From assembly GCF_009914755.1 (NCBI RefSeq), contig NC_060926.1: a stretch of DNA of 64,000 nucleotides. One strand, given 5' to 3'. This DNA comes from the human T2T-CHM13v2.0 reference genome, Homo sapiens. A program made the position numbers and the translations under genes. The first letter of the stretch is position 1. Every line of letters begins with the position of its first letter. The notes beneath the pieces are model-generated. The model was not told where the DNA came from. It saw nothing but the letters and a program-made list of their open reading frames with translations, and searched no databases. Positions 49,420 to 62,878 of the stretch are shown here, piece by piece.

Positions 49420-50221
49420 ATCTCTCGCCTTATACAAAAATCAACCCAAGATGGATCAAAGACTTAAATCTAAGATCTGAAACCATAAAAATTCTAGAAG
49501 ATTACATCAGAAAAACTTCTGGATATTAGCTTAGGCAAAGAGTTCATGACCAAGAATCCAAAAGTACATGCAACAGAAACAAAGATAAATAGATGGGACC
49601 TAATTAAACTAAAAAGCTCCTGCACAGCAAAAGAAGTAATCAGCAGAGAAAACAGACAACCCAGAGTGGGAGAATAAATTCGCAAACTATGCATCTGACA
49701 GAGGACTAATACCCAGAATCTATAAGGAACTCAAAAAATCAGGAAGAAAAAAAATCCCATCAAAAGTGGGCTAAGGACATGAATAGACAATTTTCAAAAG
49801 AAGATATGCAAATGGCCAGAAAGCATATGAAAAAATACTCAACATCCCTAATTATTGGGGAAATGCAAATCGAAACCACAATGCAATACCACTTTACTCC
49901 TGCAAGAATGGCCATAATTTAAAAATCAAAAAATAATAGATGTTGGCGTGGATGTGTTGAAAAGGGAACACTTTTACACTGCTAGTGGGAATGTAAACTA
50001 CTACGACTACTATAGAAAACAGTATGGAGATTCCTTAAAGAACTAAAGATAGAACTATCATTCGATGAAGCAATCCCATTACTCAGTATCTACCCAGAGG
50101 AAAATAAGTCATTATATAAAAAAGACACTTGCACACACGTTTATAGCAGCAAAATTCACAATTGTAAAAATATGGAACCAGCCTAAATGCTCATCAATCA
50201 ATGAGTGGATAAAAAAATGTT

Positions 50222-50258
<37 letters not shown>

Positions 50259-50640
50259 ATACATACACACACACATACACCATGGAATACTACTAAAAAG
50301 GAATAAAATAACAGCATTTGCAGCAACGTGGATGGAGTTGGTGACCATTATTCTAAGTGAAGTAACTCAGGAATGGAAATCCAAACATCGAATGTTCTCA
50401 CTCATATGTGGGACCTAAGCTATGAGGACACAAAGGCATAAGAATGATATCATGGACTCTGGAGACTCAAGGGGGAAAGGGTGCAGGGGGGTGAGGGATA
50501 AAAGACTACACATTGGGTACAGTGTACACTGTTTAGATGATGAGTGCACCAAAATCTCAGAAATCACCACTAACGAATTTACCCATGTAACCAAACACCA
50601 CCTGTTTCCCCAAAAACTACTGAAATAATAATTTTAAAAA
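49420..50640 (+). mobile_element. 5'-truncated L1PB/old L1PA
   Basis: ORF2 end and 3' UTR (aaaagactacacattgggtacagtgtacactg...aaaactactgaaataa); internal (TA)n(TG)n at ~50221-50280. Confidence 0.88.
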
Positions 50641-50817
50641 GGTAATCATTAATATTTTTCAATCTATAATTTCCCAGATGTACAGGGGAAAACTGCTATT
50701 ATTCTTTAATTCTACAGCCAACTTAACCATTAATTCAAGAAAAAGGATGAAATTGAGACCTTTATAGACATGAATATCTGGAATTTACTACTCTTTATTC
50801 TCATTGAAAGAACTACT

Positions 50818-51105
50818 GGTCAGACACAGTGGCTCACACCTATAATCCCAGCACTCTGAGAGGTTGAGGTAGGGGACCACTTGAGCCCAGGAGTTTGACA
50901 CCAGCCTGGGCAACATGGTGCAACCCCATCTCTACAAAAAATAATAATAATACAAAAAATTAGTCAGGTGTTGTGGCACGTGCCTTAGTCAGGAGGCTGA
51001 GGTGGGAGAAACATCTGAGCCCAGGGTGTCTAAGTCTGGAGTGAGGCATGATCATGCCACTGCACTCCAGCCTGGGCAAGAGGATGAGATTCTGTCTCAA
51101 AAAAG
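50818..51105 (+). mobile_element. AluJ
   Basis: Alu consensus; its right TSD aactact lies after the purine tract at ~51442. Confidence 0.88.
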
Positions 51106-51440
51106 AGAGGGAGAGAAGAAAAGAAGGAGAAGGTGAAGGAGGAGGAGGAGGAGGAAGAGGAGATGGAGGAGGAGGAGAAGGAGGAGGAGAAGAAGGAGGA
51201 GGAGGAGGAAGAGAAGAGGAGAAGGAGGAGGAAAAGGAGGAGGAGGAGGAGAAGGAGAAGAAGAAAGAGAGGGAGGGAAGAAAAAGAAGAAGGGAAGGGA
51301 ATGAAAGGGAAGGAGGGAGGAGAAAGAAAAGAAAAAAGAAAAAAAAGAGGAAAGAATAAAAGAGGGAGGAAGGGAGGGAGGGAAGGAAGGAAGAAAGGAG
51401 ACAGAGAGAGACAAAGAAAGAAAGGCAGAAAGAAAGAGCA
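51098..51440. repeat. Polypurine low-complexity tract (GGA/GAA/GGAA)
   Basis: About 340 bp almost entirely A/G on the plus strand. Confidence 0.95.
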
Positions 51441-51444
51441 AACT

Positions 51445-52650
51445 ACTAAGAGACAAACTTCAGCAAAAAAGAAAATGAACCCAGAAATGAGGAGTGGAAT
51501 GCAAAAGCAACTTTCTAAAAATTTTGAAAACATGTTAGTAAATCTAAGTGTTAACTTAAAAAAAATACAGAGAGAGAGAGAGAATATGGGTACTTAAGGA
51601 CTTGGTGGAACTGAAATATTAAACAATAATCACATAGAAAATACAAAGGAAAGCTCAGAGCTAAATTAAATCATGTTAAGGTCTTTGTGTGTTATTCAGA
51701 AGGAAGATAGAAAAAAATGAATTTTCAACCTTAAGAAATATAAATTAAATATGTAGTTTTAAATGTTAGGGTAACCATTAAAAGAACAGAAATATATTTC
51801 ATAGCTTCTAAACCAATAAAAATAAAGGAAGAATAGAGAAAATTCAACAGAAAGCAGAAAAAGAGAAAAAAATAAGCAAAAGCAACATATGATAAATAGG
51901 AAACATAAAATACATTGGTAGAAGTCCACATATATGAGAAATACCAATAAATACAAACGGGATTAAACAAGCTATTAAAGCACAGAACTCTAAGATTGAA
52001 TTTCAGTAAGTCCATCTATATCCTGTTTATAAAAGGCAAAACAGAAAAAATGACAAAAGATGGTTAAAATAGACTTCTGTTTCTTACAACACAGAAACAA
52101 AAAAAAAACCTCCCAGTACAATTGTATAAATACTGGATAGTATATCACAAAGCTCCTTTTAAATGTATAGCTGAGCTTACAAGAAAGAAACAGAAAAATC
52201 AGGAGGAAAATAAATTAAGTAGACAGGCATGGCCATCCTAAGGCTACGGCTGCCCTTATGGGGGCAGGGCCTTGGATTTTCATGCCCATATGGGGAAGAA
52301 GATGATGCCATAGGCCTGAGTGAAATGGGGAATTCCAACTGAAATCCTGTATAAAGCTGAAACAAGATCTGCCCTACCCTCAAATAAGGGAAGACTAAAA
52401 ATAACAGGCACAGGAAGTTGTGTCAAGAAAGCTTATCTTTCTTGGGCAGGGCTCCAGGTAGAAAAAAAAAAATTCTTCTAAAAATTTGTAACCAGAGGTC
52501 TACCCTCCATTGATTTGGGTGTTGATCATACTGCTTGTTTGATCTGAGAGTGCTTAAGTCAAGAAAACAATATAAGTGGGGAAAGCTGGTAGCATCCTAG
52601 TGGCACCTGGCAAAAGCAAACTCGAAACCACTCTAGAAGAAGCACATACG
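51445..52650 (+). mobile_element. Ancient L1M fragments
   Basis: Degenerate A-rich ORF1/inter-ORF-like and 5'-like sequence. Confidence 0.45.
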
Positions 52651-53383
52651 CTCAACCCAGCTGCATGGGACTCCGATACACTCCTTTTTAGCCTTGTAAG
52701 CACTCAGTACCCACTGTCCTCCCTTCAAGATGACCATCTAGCCAGTAAAGTCCCACATGGGACAGTAGAACAGGGTCCTGTGAGTGAGTTACTTACCACA
52801 ATGGGTCATGAAACCCCACTCGTCCCACAAATGGTGTACACCCTGAGAATCATAACGAAACTAAAGAGAATACTAAGCAACTAGCACAAAGCGGTGTGGA
52901 AACAAGGCAAAGAAGAGCTGGTGACTTGCATCTGCCTTGCTCTTTATGAACTGTCCTGAAACAGTGAGACCCAGGTAAGACCAGGCCCTGCACACACTGC
53001 TGACCATTTCACCCCAATTCCTTTTCTATACAAGGAGAATCACAATGCCGGAAAAGTCACCCCCATCACCTGAGCAGATGAGATTGGGGAAAAAAAACCT
53101 GCTAGAATCCTCCACTGGCTACCATGGCTATAATAAGAACTCCCAGAAATTCAGCCAACATTAAGTATTAACATTGCTACCTTTACAACTCATGATATTT
53201 AGAAGTGGAACACACTTAACAGGGTTAAACTCAATCTCTTTCATTCTTTATTTATACTCTGACCTCATTCCAACAAGCCTTTGAGGCACCCTTAGAGATG
53301 CACAGAATTCTAATATTCTTAGGTTAAACGTTGCCAGGGGCTCTAACATGGGTAACACGTAATGGTTAGCCTATACAACTTAC

Positions 53384-53531
53384 ATAATGACATTAACAAG
53401 AGTACTTCTAAAGTTTTCTCGTTCTTTATGTGGAGATTTGCCCTTTGATTTGGAAGTAGATGGTCCAACATAACTATCATCAACTTGGTGGGGTAATTTG
53501 CCCTTTTTTCCAAAACGTTCCATGTATTCAG
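53384..53531 (-). CDS. DNAH7: DNAH7 coding exon 5 (148 nt; AEYMERFGKK...TLVNVIM)
   Basis: Acceptor taatttaag|CT, donor AT|gtaagt, phase 1-2. Confidence 0.95.
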
Positions 53532-54327
53532 CTTAAATTAAAACAAAAAAAAAAGCACAATTATTCATCTAAAAGGTAAGCTAAAGCATTTCACATGCTT
53601 AAAATAAGATGCTAAATCACCTTTTAATAAAAAATTACATTATCAAGTAATCCTAAGTATAATTTTTTTTTTTTACTATCAGGAGGTTAAACTACTCCTC
53701 TTTTGTATCATCATAACTAGAAACATCTATTTCAAGAATATTCCACTGATTTATATTTTGATTAATATACTAATAAAATTTTCTATTATATTTACATATG
53801 ATTCTCTAAAAGTGAACATTAAAATTATGATAAAAACAGGATACAAAACTATTTGAGAAATTTTAAAGAACCATGACAAAAAGTTAATATTAACTGTAAT
53901 CAATCTGATAAACACTACATTTAATGAGTCAAAATAATAAAAACATTAAAATGACTAATTTGGAAGTCATGTTCACAATTTATTAAAACCCACAAAAAAT
54001 TTTAAAAAGAAATATAATTTATTAAAATCTCTCTTATAAAAATCTCAGTCTTTGATGTAGAGGCAAATTCTGACCACAATAAATAAACGTTTTAGTATCA
54101 ACAACCCAATTCCTAAAATATCAGCTCTTATAGCATTTACAACAGCCTAAAATAACTGAGAACTACAATCAATTATTTTCTGAGGGAAGATGTATTGGGA
54201 AAATTTTTTTCTACTTGACATTAATGTCATTCAGGTTTTGTACTTCTATTACACTATTAACTAAATATTGTCTGGTCTCTCTCTACAAATTATCCTTAAA
54301 TCTAATTTAGAATATTGAAGTTCTTAC

Positions 54328-54436
54328 CATGGGACTGTTCATTTTTAACACTAAATGGTTCTGGACTCTCATCATCCTGCTTTACACTCAAATGGAATGA
54401 TGGAGCTGCCTGCTGCCAGTGGGGCTTTGTACTCAC
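54328..54436 (-). CDS. DNAH7: DNAH7 coding exon 4 (109 nt; VSTKPHWQQA...KNEQSH)
   Basis: Acceptor attttag|GTG, donor CATG|gtaaga, phase 0-1. Confidence 0.94.
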
Positions 54437-56224
54437 CTAAAATACAAAATTTAAATAGCATTAACAAACAATATCAGAAAAAAACCTTTTTCCATGAAAT
54501 GCACGAGTGTTTATAAACACAGACATTTTCTCAAACAGATCAGAACATCTGGATAGAAAATACTCAACAGTAGATCTTATTCAAGCCTGTGAATGGTCAT
54601 GGTGTGCACCATTTGGGGGACATTAACAAAAGTCCTGCTGTTGGTTGGATGTGAATGCCTGTTACCTAAAACCAGGGTCTTCATTCTAGAGAGGCTACTC
54701 CTCATCCCCAGATATTGTCAAGTGTCTTTAAACCTTCTATTTTAATGAGAAGTGCTCTCTGCTGGTCTCCTCTGCATTCCAGCTCCAAAAGGTCTTCCTG
54801 TTCTCATGGCTGTAAACCACCCTAGATTGCTCTGACAACTCACAAATGTATTCCATTGTTTCAGGCAGGGGTGACAAATTATTATACATACACAATTTTG
54901 GCAGGTGTCATAAAAAGGGAGAAGGCTAATGATGATAGGTTCCTGGCACTCAGGCTCCATGTTGGGAAACAACAGTGTGTGGTGAGGACTGTGGCAGAGG
55001 AGAGAGCACCTTCATCTTCTAAAAACGCAATGACTAATTAGCTCAAGCCAATTATTGCAATACCAGAACACAAACCTACTGTTGCTGAAGCCTATGGTTC
55101 TTCAACAAACCCAGACAGTCGGATTTTAAAGTAAAATCTATATATTTTTAGCACAATTTAGTCTGTCTCTCCCTTTCAAATCCAAACCAACTTAAAAGTC
55201 CATGTCTGTACTGGCTTCTCTTTCTGCCTAGTTTTACTCTCCCTAATCTCTTACTTCCACTTCCCTAATAAACTACCTGTACACAAGTCCTTATTTTAGT
55301 TACCTCTTACACAGGAAAATAGGATAAGAAAACATGTAAGACAGTGCTCTTCCATTTTCCACCCGCCCTTCCCATTTCTCAACTCTCGTCTTGCTCCATA
55401 AAAGTTTTAAAACTCATAGAAGCGCTACGAGGAGTTGTACAGAAAGGGTGAGAATCAGGTCACAGAGGCTGGGAGCCACCAGTGCCAGATCATTCTTGAT
55501 TTCAACTACAGGGGTCACCTCTAGAAGCCTGAAGTCTGTAAAGAAAATCACTCCAGGTCGTAATTACTGCTGGAGAACTTCTATCCAGGTACAAACCTTA
55601 ATACTGTATTCAAATAAAAGTAGTTTTAAAAAAATAATCCATAGCTCATTTTCTAAATATCTGTTGAAAATATGATTTCCCTTAAAACCCATAAGACTCA
55701 AAGAATGCTGAGGAAAAATTGCAAGACACAGCCAAATATGAATACAAAACCAGGTTTACATCAGTCAATAAAAGCATTTTAGATGATTATATGCTTCGCC
55801 CACAAGCAAGAATTATTATGCGTCTCAGCCATAGATATTCGATAAGAAAATTTAAATTAAGTTTATATTTCTACATCTGTAAACTAACAATCTGCAACAA
55901 ACTAAAAAATGTCTATTCCATTTCAGTTTTTTATCTTTTACACTAGAAAATTAAGAGGGATTTTGCAGAACTAGAGAAAACATGCTATGGCTCGATTCTG
56001 CAGGCATTTTACAATAATTTGCCATTATCAATAAAAGCATATTTTCAATTAAGATTTGTATTTTTAAATGTTCAATATAATTAATCTAACAATGTTAGTT
56101 CAAGTTTCCTAAGCGAAACTGTCCTTCATTTCAAATTATCAGTAATATTCTCTGTACAAAGCAACACAAATTCAATTCTATAGTTTGTTCTCAGCTTTTA
56201 AAATATCTTTCAAAGCAAATAATG

Positions 56225-56558
56225 CTTTGGATGAACCCTGAAGACATTATGTTAAGTGAAATAAGCCAGGCATAAAAGGACAAATATTGTATGATTCCAC
56301 CAATATGAAATACCTAGAGTAGTCAAATACATAGAGACAAGAAGTAGAATGGTGGTTTGCCAGGAGGTGGGGGAGGGGAAAATGGGGAGTCATTGTTTAA
56401 CGGACAGGGTTGCTGTTTAGTCAGATGAAAAGAGTTCTGGAGATGAGTGGTAGTAATAATTATACAACAATGTGAATGTACTGAATGTCACTGAATACTT
56501 AAAAATGGTTAAAATGGTAAATTTTATGTTATGTATATTTTATCAATTTTTTTAAAAA
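56225..56558 (+). mobile_element. L1MB-like 3' end, present only in duplication copy A
   Basis: tggatgaaccctgaagacattatgttaagtgaaataagcc...ggtaaattttatgttatgtatatttt. Confidence 0.85.
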
Positions 56559-56844
56559 ATAATAATATTTGCATTGACCCTCCCCTTAAATTTAACTTTC
56601 AGGAGTCACAAGACTGTAACTTGGTGGCATTAAACTCCACATAATTACTAGACAATAAATTTTATTACATTAAAATCTAACTTGTACAGGGCTTTATCAA
56701 CTGAAAATGTCTATTAACTGCCTCTTCCACAAGACAATGACACTTTATAGTCAAAATAATGAAAAAAGATTCCAAAATCTAAGAAATATTTTGTAGTACA
56801 GCATTTTTCTGCTGGAAGACCCATCTCCTTGAAGATCATCAAAT

Positions 56845-56960
56845 CAACTCAGCTCATTTTCAAACTCAGAAACTGAGGCTCAAGAGGTAAGTGACTCCCC
56901 AAAGGGCACAGAGCCATTAGAGGCAAAGCTTTACCCCAAGCCCTTTTTTATTTACTCCAA
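56845..56960. mobile_element. MIR fragment
   Basis: ctcattttc...gaaactgaggctcaagaggtaagtgactcccc MIR core. Confidence 0.7.
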
Positions 56961-57218
56961 CGCTAATACTCCTTTTGCTAACCAATCTTGGCAAGTCGTT
57001 CATTCAGAATACTGAAATATTCTACATATACAGGTAATTATAGCTTATGGTTACTTTACTAAGATAGTTATTTGTCCTAATATGCACACCTCATAGAATT
57101 TCTCCATCAGAAAAGAATCAAATGGAGCAGGAATTTGCTTACTTATTTTCAAGTTAGAAAACTAATAAACATTTTTTGAAGCACAAAAATTCAATGAGAA
57201 TATATTTGGATAAGTTAC

Positions 57219-57281
57219 CATAGACAGCTGTGGTAAAGCTCTTGCTGGTGCCTTGAACTTTTCTTTGCTGGCTAATTTCTC
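57219..57281 (-). CDS. DNAH7: DNAH7 coding exon 3 (63 nt; EKLASKEKFKAPARALPQLSM)
   Basis: Acceptor ttcacacag|GAG, donor ATG|gtaact, symmetric phase 0-0. Confidence 0.93.
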
Positions 57282-57524
57282 CTGTGTGAAAAATATGAAG
57301 GGGAAAAAAGTGTTTACTCTGTTAGTGCTAAAATTGATTCACTGAACCAAATTTTACAGAAAGACTATTTAAAAAGTACATATTATCCAACATATTCAAA
57401 GATAAACTTTACTGCTTTTTAAATTCTCAGGTTTGTCTCAGAATTGTTTTCTTTAGAGCAAGAAAATAAAGGAAAATTATATCCAGCAATACTTATCAGA
57501 AAGCTTTAAAAAGTATGCAAAACC

Positions 57525-58087
<563 letters not shown>

Positions 58088-58357
58088 GCAACTTTCCACA
58101 AGTCTCACTTATACCACAGACAGAGACTTCCTTTCAAACTTTCAGGATCCCAGTAGGTGGTTTTCACCTCCCAGCCCAGACCTGCAGCTCTTCAGCAAAT
58201 GTCTTTGTCATCCAGTGGGCCACAGCCACATCTCCCATGAGGTCTGAATCTAAGGCTTTGGGGAAGGGACGGCTCTTCCAAGTTTGTTCCTTGAGCACTC
58301 TCTCTCAGACCTAGAGGGAGTGGCTGCTCCTTATATCTGCTATTCCTCTATTCTTCA

Positions 58358-58545
58358 GGGCTGTGCTGTCCAAAACAGTATGCACTAGCCCCCTGTAACT
58401 ACCAAACACTTGAAATGCGGCTCCTCTGAAGTGAGATGTGTTTAAGTTTAAAATATGTACTAGATGTTGAAGACTTAGTACAAAACACAAAGAATGTAAA
58501 TTATCAATGTTTATATATTGATTAGAGCATATTTTATGTTGATTA
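58358..58545. mobile_element. MER3/MER33-like hAT relic
   Basis: gtgctgtccaa...cacttgaaatgcggct...gaagacttagtac. Confidence 0.7.
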
Positions 58546-59279
58546 CCATATGTGTTCCACATTGTTCTAAGAAGCTTACATGAATTAACACCTTTAATAT
58601 TCTATACGCTGTGGGGTAAATACTGTTGTACCACTTTTATGCCTATTACGTAGATAAGAAATCATGTAGTCTCTGCCTTCACAAAGCACACAGTCCAGTT
58701 AATATTAAAGACCATGTGCTTCCATCTAGGACAGGATGTGGAGCAGAGTATTCTAAGAACGTTTCAAAAAGAAAAAGGGTGGAGCTAAGCCTTAAAGCAT
58801 ACCTGGATCTCCACAGAGAAGGACAGCAAAGAGCTTACTGAAGTCAGAGGGCGCATCAAGAATTGGAGTCTAAATGTCAATGGCAGGCTTTGAGGCTATG
58901 TTGGAGTGGATGGGGAAGGTAATCCATTCCCTAACTCAACAATGGTTCACCAGCTCCTACCATGTGCTGGGCTCATAGACTAAGTCATAGGACTACAGAC
59001 TAAGATACCTAGTCCATAGTCGTGGAAAGGACTAAGTCCCTCTGCTTATGGAGTACACATTCTAGAGGAGGTACAGTTATTTCAGAACAGATCTATAACA
59101 TAATCTCAGAAACTAGTATGTACAATGAAGAATAATAAAACAGTGTGAAGGAACAGAGAGGGAAGGAGTGGAAAAGTGCTAGGTAGATGGAGTAGTAAGA
59201 CCCTCTCTGCAGAGGTTATGTTTGAATAGGAACCTGAATAAAAGGTAGGGGAAGAACAAACTAGAGCTAGACAAGTGGG

Positions 59280-59493
59280 TGCTGTTATATTAAGGAGGAC
59301 ATGGGTTTCAGGGCTTGACTGGCCAGGCTGGCAATAGAGAGCCACTGCAGTCTCCTTTTAGGGTGAACTTTAGTCTCAGTTTGCGGAAGACAGTCTCAGT
59401 TTACACCTTTAGTCTCAGTTTGCCCAAGCATAACTAGTAGAACTTTCGCTCTCAATGGCATCTTAGTTTAGATGATAAATTATAATGCTATCC
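59280..59493. mobile_element. MER96-like hAT relic
   Basis: cagtttacacct...tttagatgataaattataatgctatcct. Confidence 0.5.
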
Positions 59494-59829
59494 TGTTTAT
59501 GATGTAGAGACATACAAAAGCTATTTCATAAATGGTTCTGATGATACAAACAGGATACATGAGAAGCAGGGGACTAGAGTCAGCAGTGAGGCTAGTTTAG
59601 CAGGTTTTTAAGAATAATATAGGCAACAGGAGACATGGGCCTGGATTTACAGAAAATGCTGGTAACAAAAGGTCACCTCTACCTCTCAAAGGCACTGCTC
59701 TGATCATACTGCTCCCCTGTTCAGAAACATTTTAAAGCCCCCTGTTGAAGTAGGCACAACTCTTCTTGGTGTCCAAAGCCTTCCTCAACATACTCCAAAC
59801 TATTTTCCAGCTTCTCTTAGTTACTTTGT

Positions 59830-60120
59830 AGCCATATGATTTGTGTGGCTAGTGAAATGTGAGCACAACAGGAAACACAGTTAAGTGCTAGAGGGACAGG
59901 CAGTTAAGAGCTAGAGGGACAGGGAGTTAAGAGCTGGTGTGCTTCCTCCATCACTATCTCACACCCATGAAGCCCATGTGTTCCCACTGGCATAGCTATA
60001 AGATGCAGCGCTACCTGACCCTCGTCAGACTTCATGTGAGCAAGGCCTAATCTTTGTTGGGTTAAGTCTCTGAGATTTCGACTTCCATTTGTTTTGTCAG
60101 ATAGTATTAATTACCCTGTC
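59830..60120 (+). mobile_element. MLT1 LTR fragment with a 23-bp tandem repeat
   Basis: MLT1 3' motifs (ttaagtctctgagattt); cagttaag(t/a)gctagagggacagg repeated ~2.5 times at 59878-59936. Confidence 0.6.
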
Positions 60121-60260
60121 AGAGCCACCAATAGGTTCCAAAATATCTCCCTGTTAAAATCTAGCCCTTTAAGACCAAAATCGAAAAAGTTTACATTTCA
60201 TTTCTTAACTCCAACTGTAAGTAATCTCCTTTGAAGATGCATAGCATTCTTTATTGTTTA

Positions 60261-60565
<305 letters not shown>

Positions 60566-60667
60566 TATATTCTGATATATGAATTATGTGTACACCTACC
60601 TATACTGTTCTCCTAACCCCTCACCCCACCCCACCTCCACCTACTAAATCAGTCTTATAGAGATGAG

Positions 60668-61045
60668 TGACATGGTTTGGCTGTGTCCCAACCCAAATCT
60701 CATCTTGAATTATAGTTCCCATAATCCCTATGTGTCATGGGAGGGACCTGGGTGGGAGGTAATTGAATCATGGGAGCAGTTTCCCCCATGCTAGTCTTGT
60801 GATAGTGAGTTCTCACAAAATCTGATGGTTTTATAAGGGGCTTCCCCTTCACTTGGCTCTCATTCTTCTCCCTCTTGTCTCCTGCCACCATGTGAAGAAG
60901 AAAGTTGCTTCCCTTTCCACAATGTTTGTAAGTTTCCTGAGGCCTCCCCAGCCATGTGGAACTGTGAGTCAACTAAAGCTCTTCTCTTCACAAATTACCC
61001 AGTTTCGGGTATTTCTTCATAGCAGCATGAGAAGGAACTAATACA
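60668..61045 (+). mobile_element. THE1D/MSTA-like solo LTR
   Basis: tgacatggtttggctgtgtcc...ctaataca termini; TSD atgag/atggg. Confidence 0.9.
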
Positions 61046-61104
61046 ATGGGAAAACTGACTTTAAAGTCATTTTAGCTTTATCTTAGAAAATCATAAAATG
61101 GTGA

Positions 61105-61388
61105 GGCTGGGCACAATGGCTCACAGCTGTAATCCCAGCACTTTTGGAAAGCCAAGGCAGGAGGATCACTAGAGCCCAGGAGTTCAAGACCAGCCTGGGC
61201 AACATGGTGAAACCCTGTCTCTACCAAAAATACAAAAATTAGCTAGGCGTGGTGACCCATGCCTGTGGTCCCAGCTACTGGTGAGGCTCACATAAGCCCA
61301 GGAGGTAGAGGCTATAGTGAGCCATGATCACACCACTGCACTCCAGCCTGGACAACACAGCAAGACCTCCTTGTCTCAAAAAAAAATT
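61105..61388 (+). mobile_element. AluJ
   Basis: Alu consensus; TSD aaaatggt. Confidence 0.88.
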
Positions 61389-62166
61389 ACAAAATGGTTA
61401 ACCATGCCCTAAAAAATGGATAACTAAAGATAAGAAAAGAAAAGAAAGGAAAAGAAAAGGAAAGAGTGCAATGAGCTTCAGACAGTACTTTCTGAAATAC
61501 AAGCACCAGATTAGGGGAACGTTTCACACATATACAATGCTGTAACCCAAATGGTTCTGGTTTCTACAATTCCCACTGGGCTACACAATGGGAAGGGAAA
61601 TATGAGCACAACATTTTCAAGCTAACAGGTGCAATAGGTGTTCTCAGAGTTGAAGCCTTCCCTTTGGGGAGAATGAGGGTGTGGCAAAGGCCTGAGAAGA
61701 ATGCAGTTATAGATGACAGAGAGGAATGGCTCTGGGATGTCTAGTCCAAGTGCCCTGGAATTTTCACATCAGGGACAGAGGTAATTCGAATGACATCTAT
61801 TGTCCTGGAGTCACTACAAATATCCAAAACACCCTATGTAACCCAAGCCTCCTATACAACAACCCCATCACTGCCACCACCCTGACTTTTTAAGATCTCT
61901 GCATCATCCATGCTGTTGCTGAGCTATTTCTCCAAGTCTCACCATCACTCTAGGTGAAGAAGGGTGGTGAGGACCTTAATGTTTTCTTCTTACATTGCAG
62001 TGCGGAATATGTATCTTATAGAATATTTTACAAATAGTGCTTCTCTAGCTAACCAAGACAAGCAGCCACACATATGTCAGAAAAATCATCTGGCAAATGA
62101 TGCCTCACATCCTGCTGGCCTCACCTTGGATTCCAGACATGGCTGCAGTAAACAGTTCTGTGCTAG

Positions 62167-62878
<712 letters not shown>

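Larger units (their letters stand above)
55185..57130 (+). repeat. Intragenic duplication, copy A (intron downstream of exon 3)
   Basis: Colinear with 62733-63970; shared anchors cacaagtcctt, agaaagggtgagaatcaggtcac, tcacctctagaagcc, ctccatcagaaaagaatcaaatgga. Confidence 0.9.

Noticed and set aside
51030-51597. Long E/K/R-rich and F/S/L-rich ORFs on both strands
   Set aside because: Artefacts of the stop-free polypurine tract.
52690-52990. GC-richer unassigned segment ending in cag|gtaaga on the plus strand
   Set aside because: No supported acceptor, ORF homology or family assignment. Probably an old repeat that I cannot identify by eye.
59878-59936. Short direct repeats of about CRISPR-repeat size
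   Set aside because: Adjacent tandem copies without spacers, inside an MLT1 relic in a mammalian genome.
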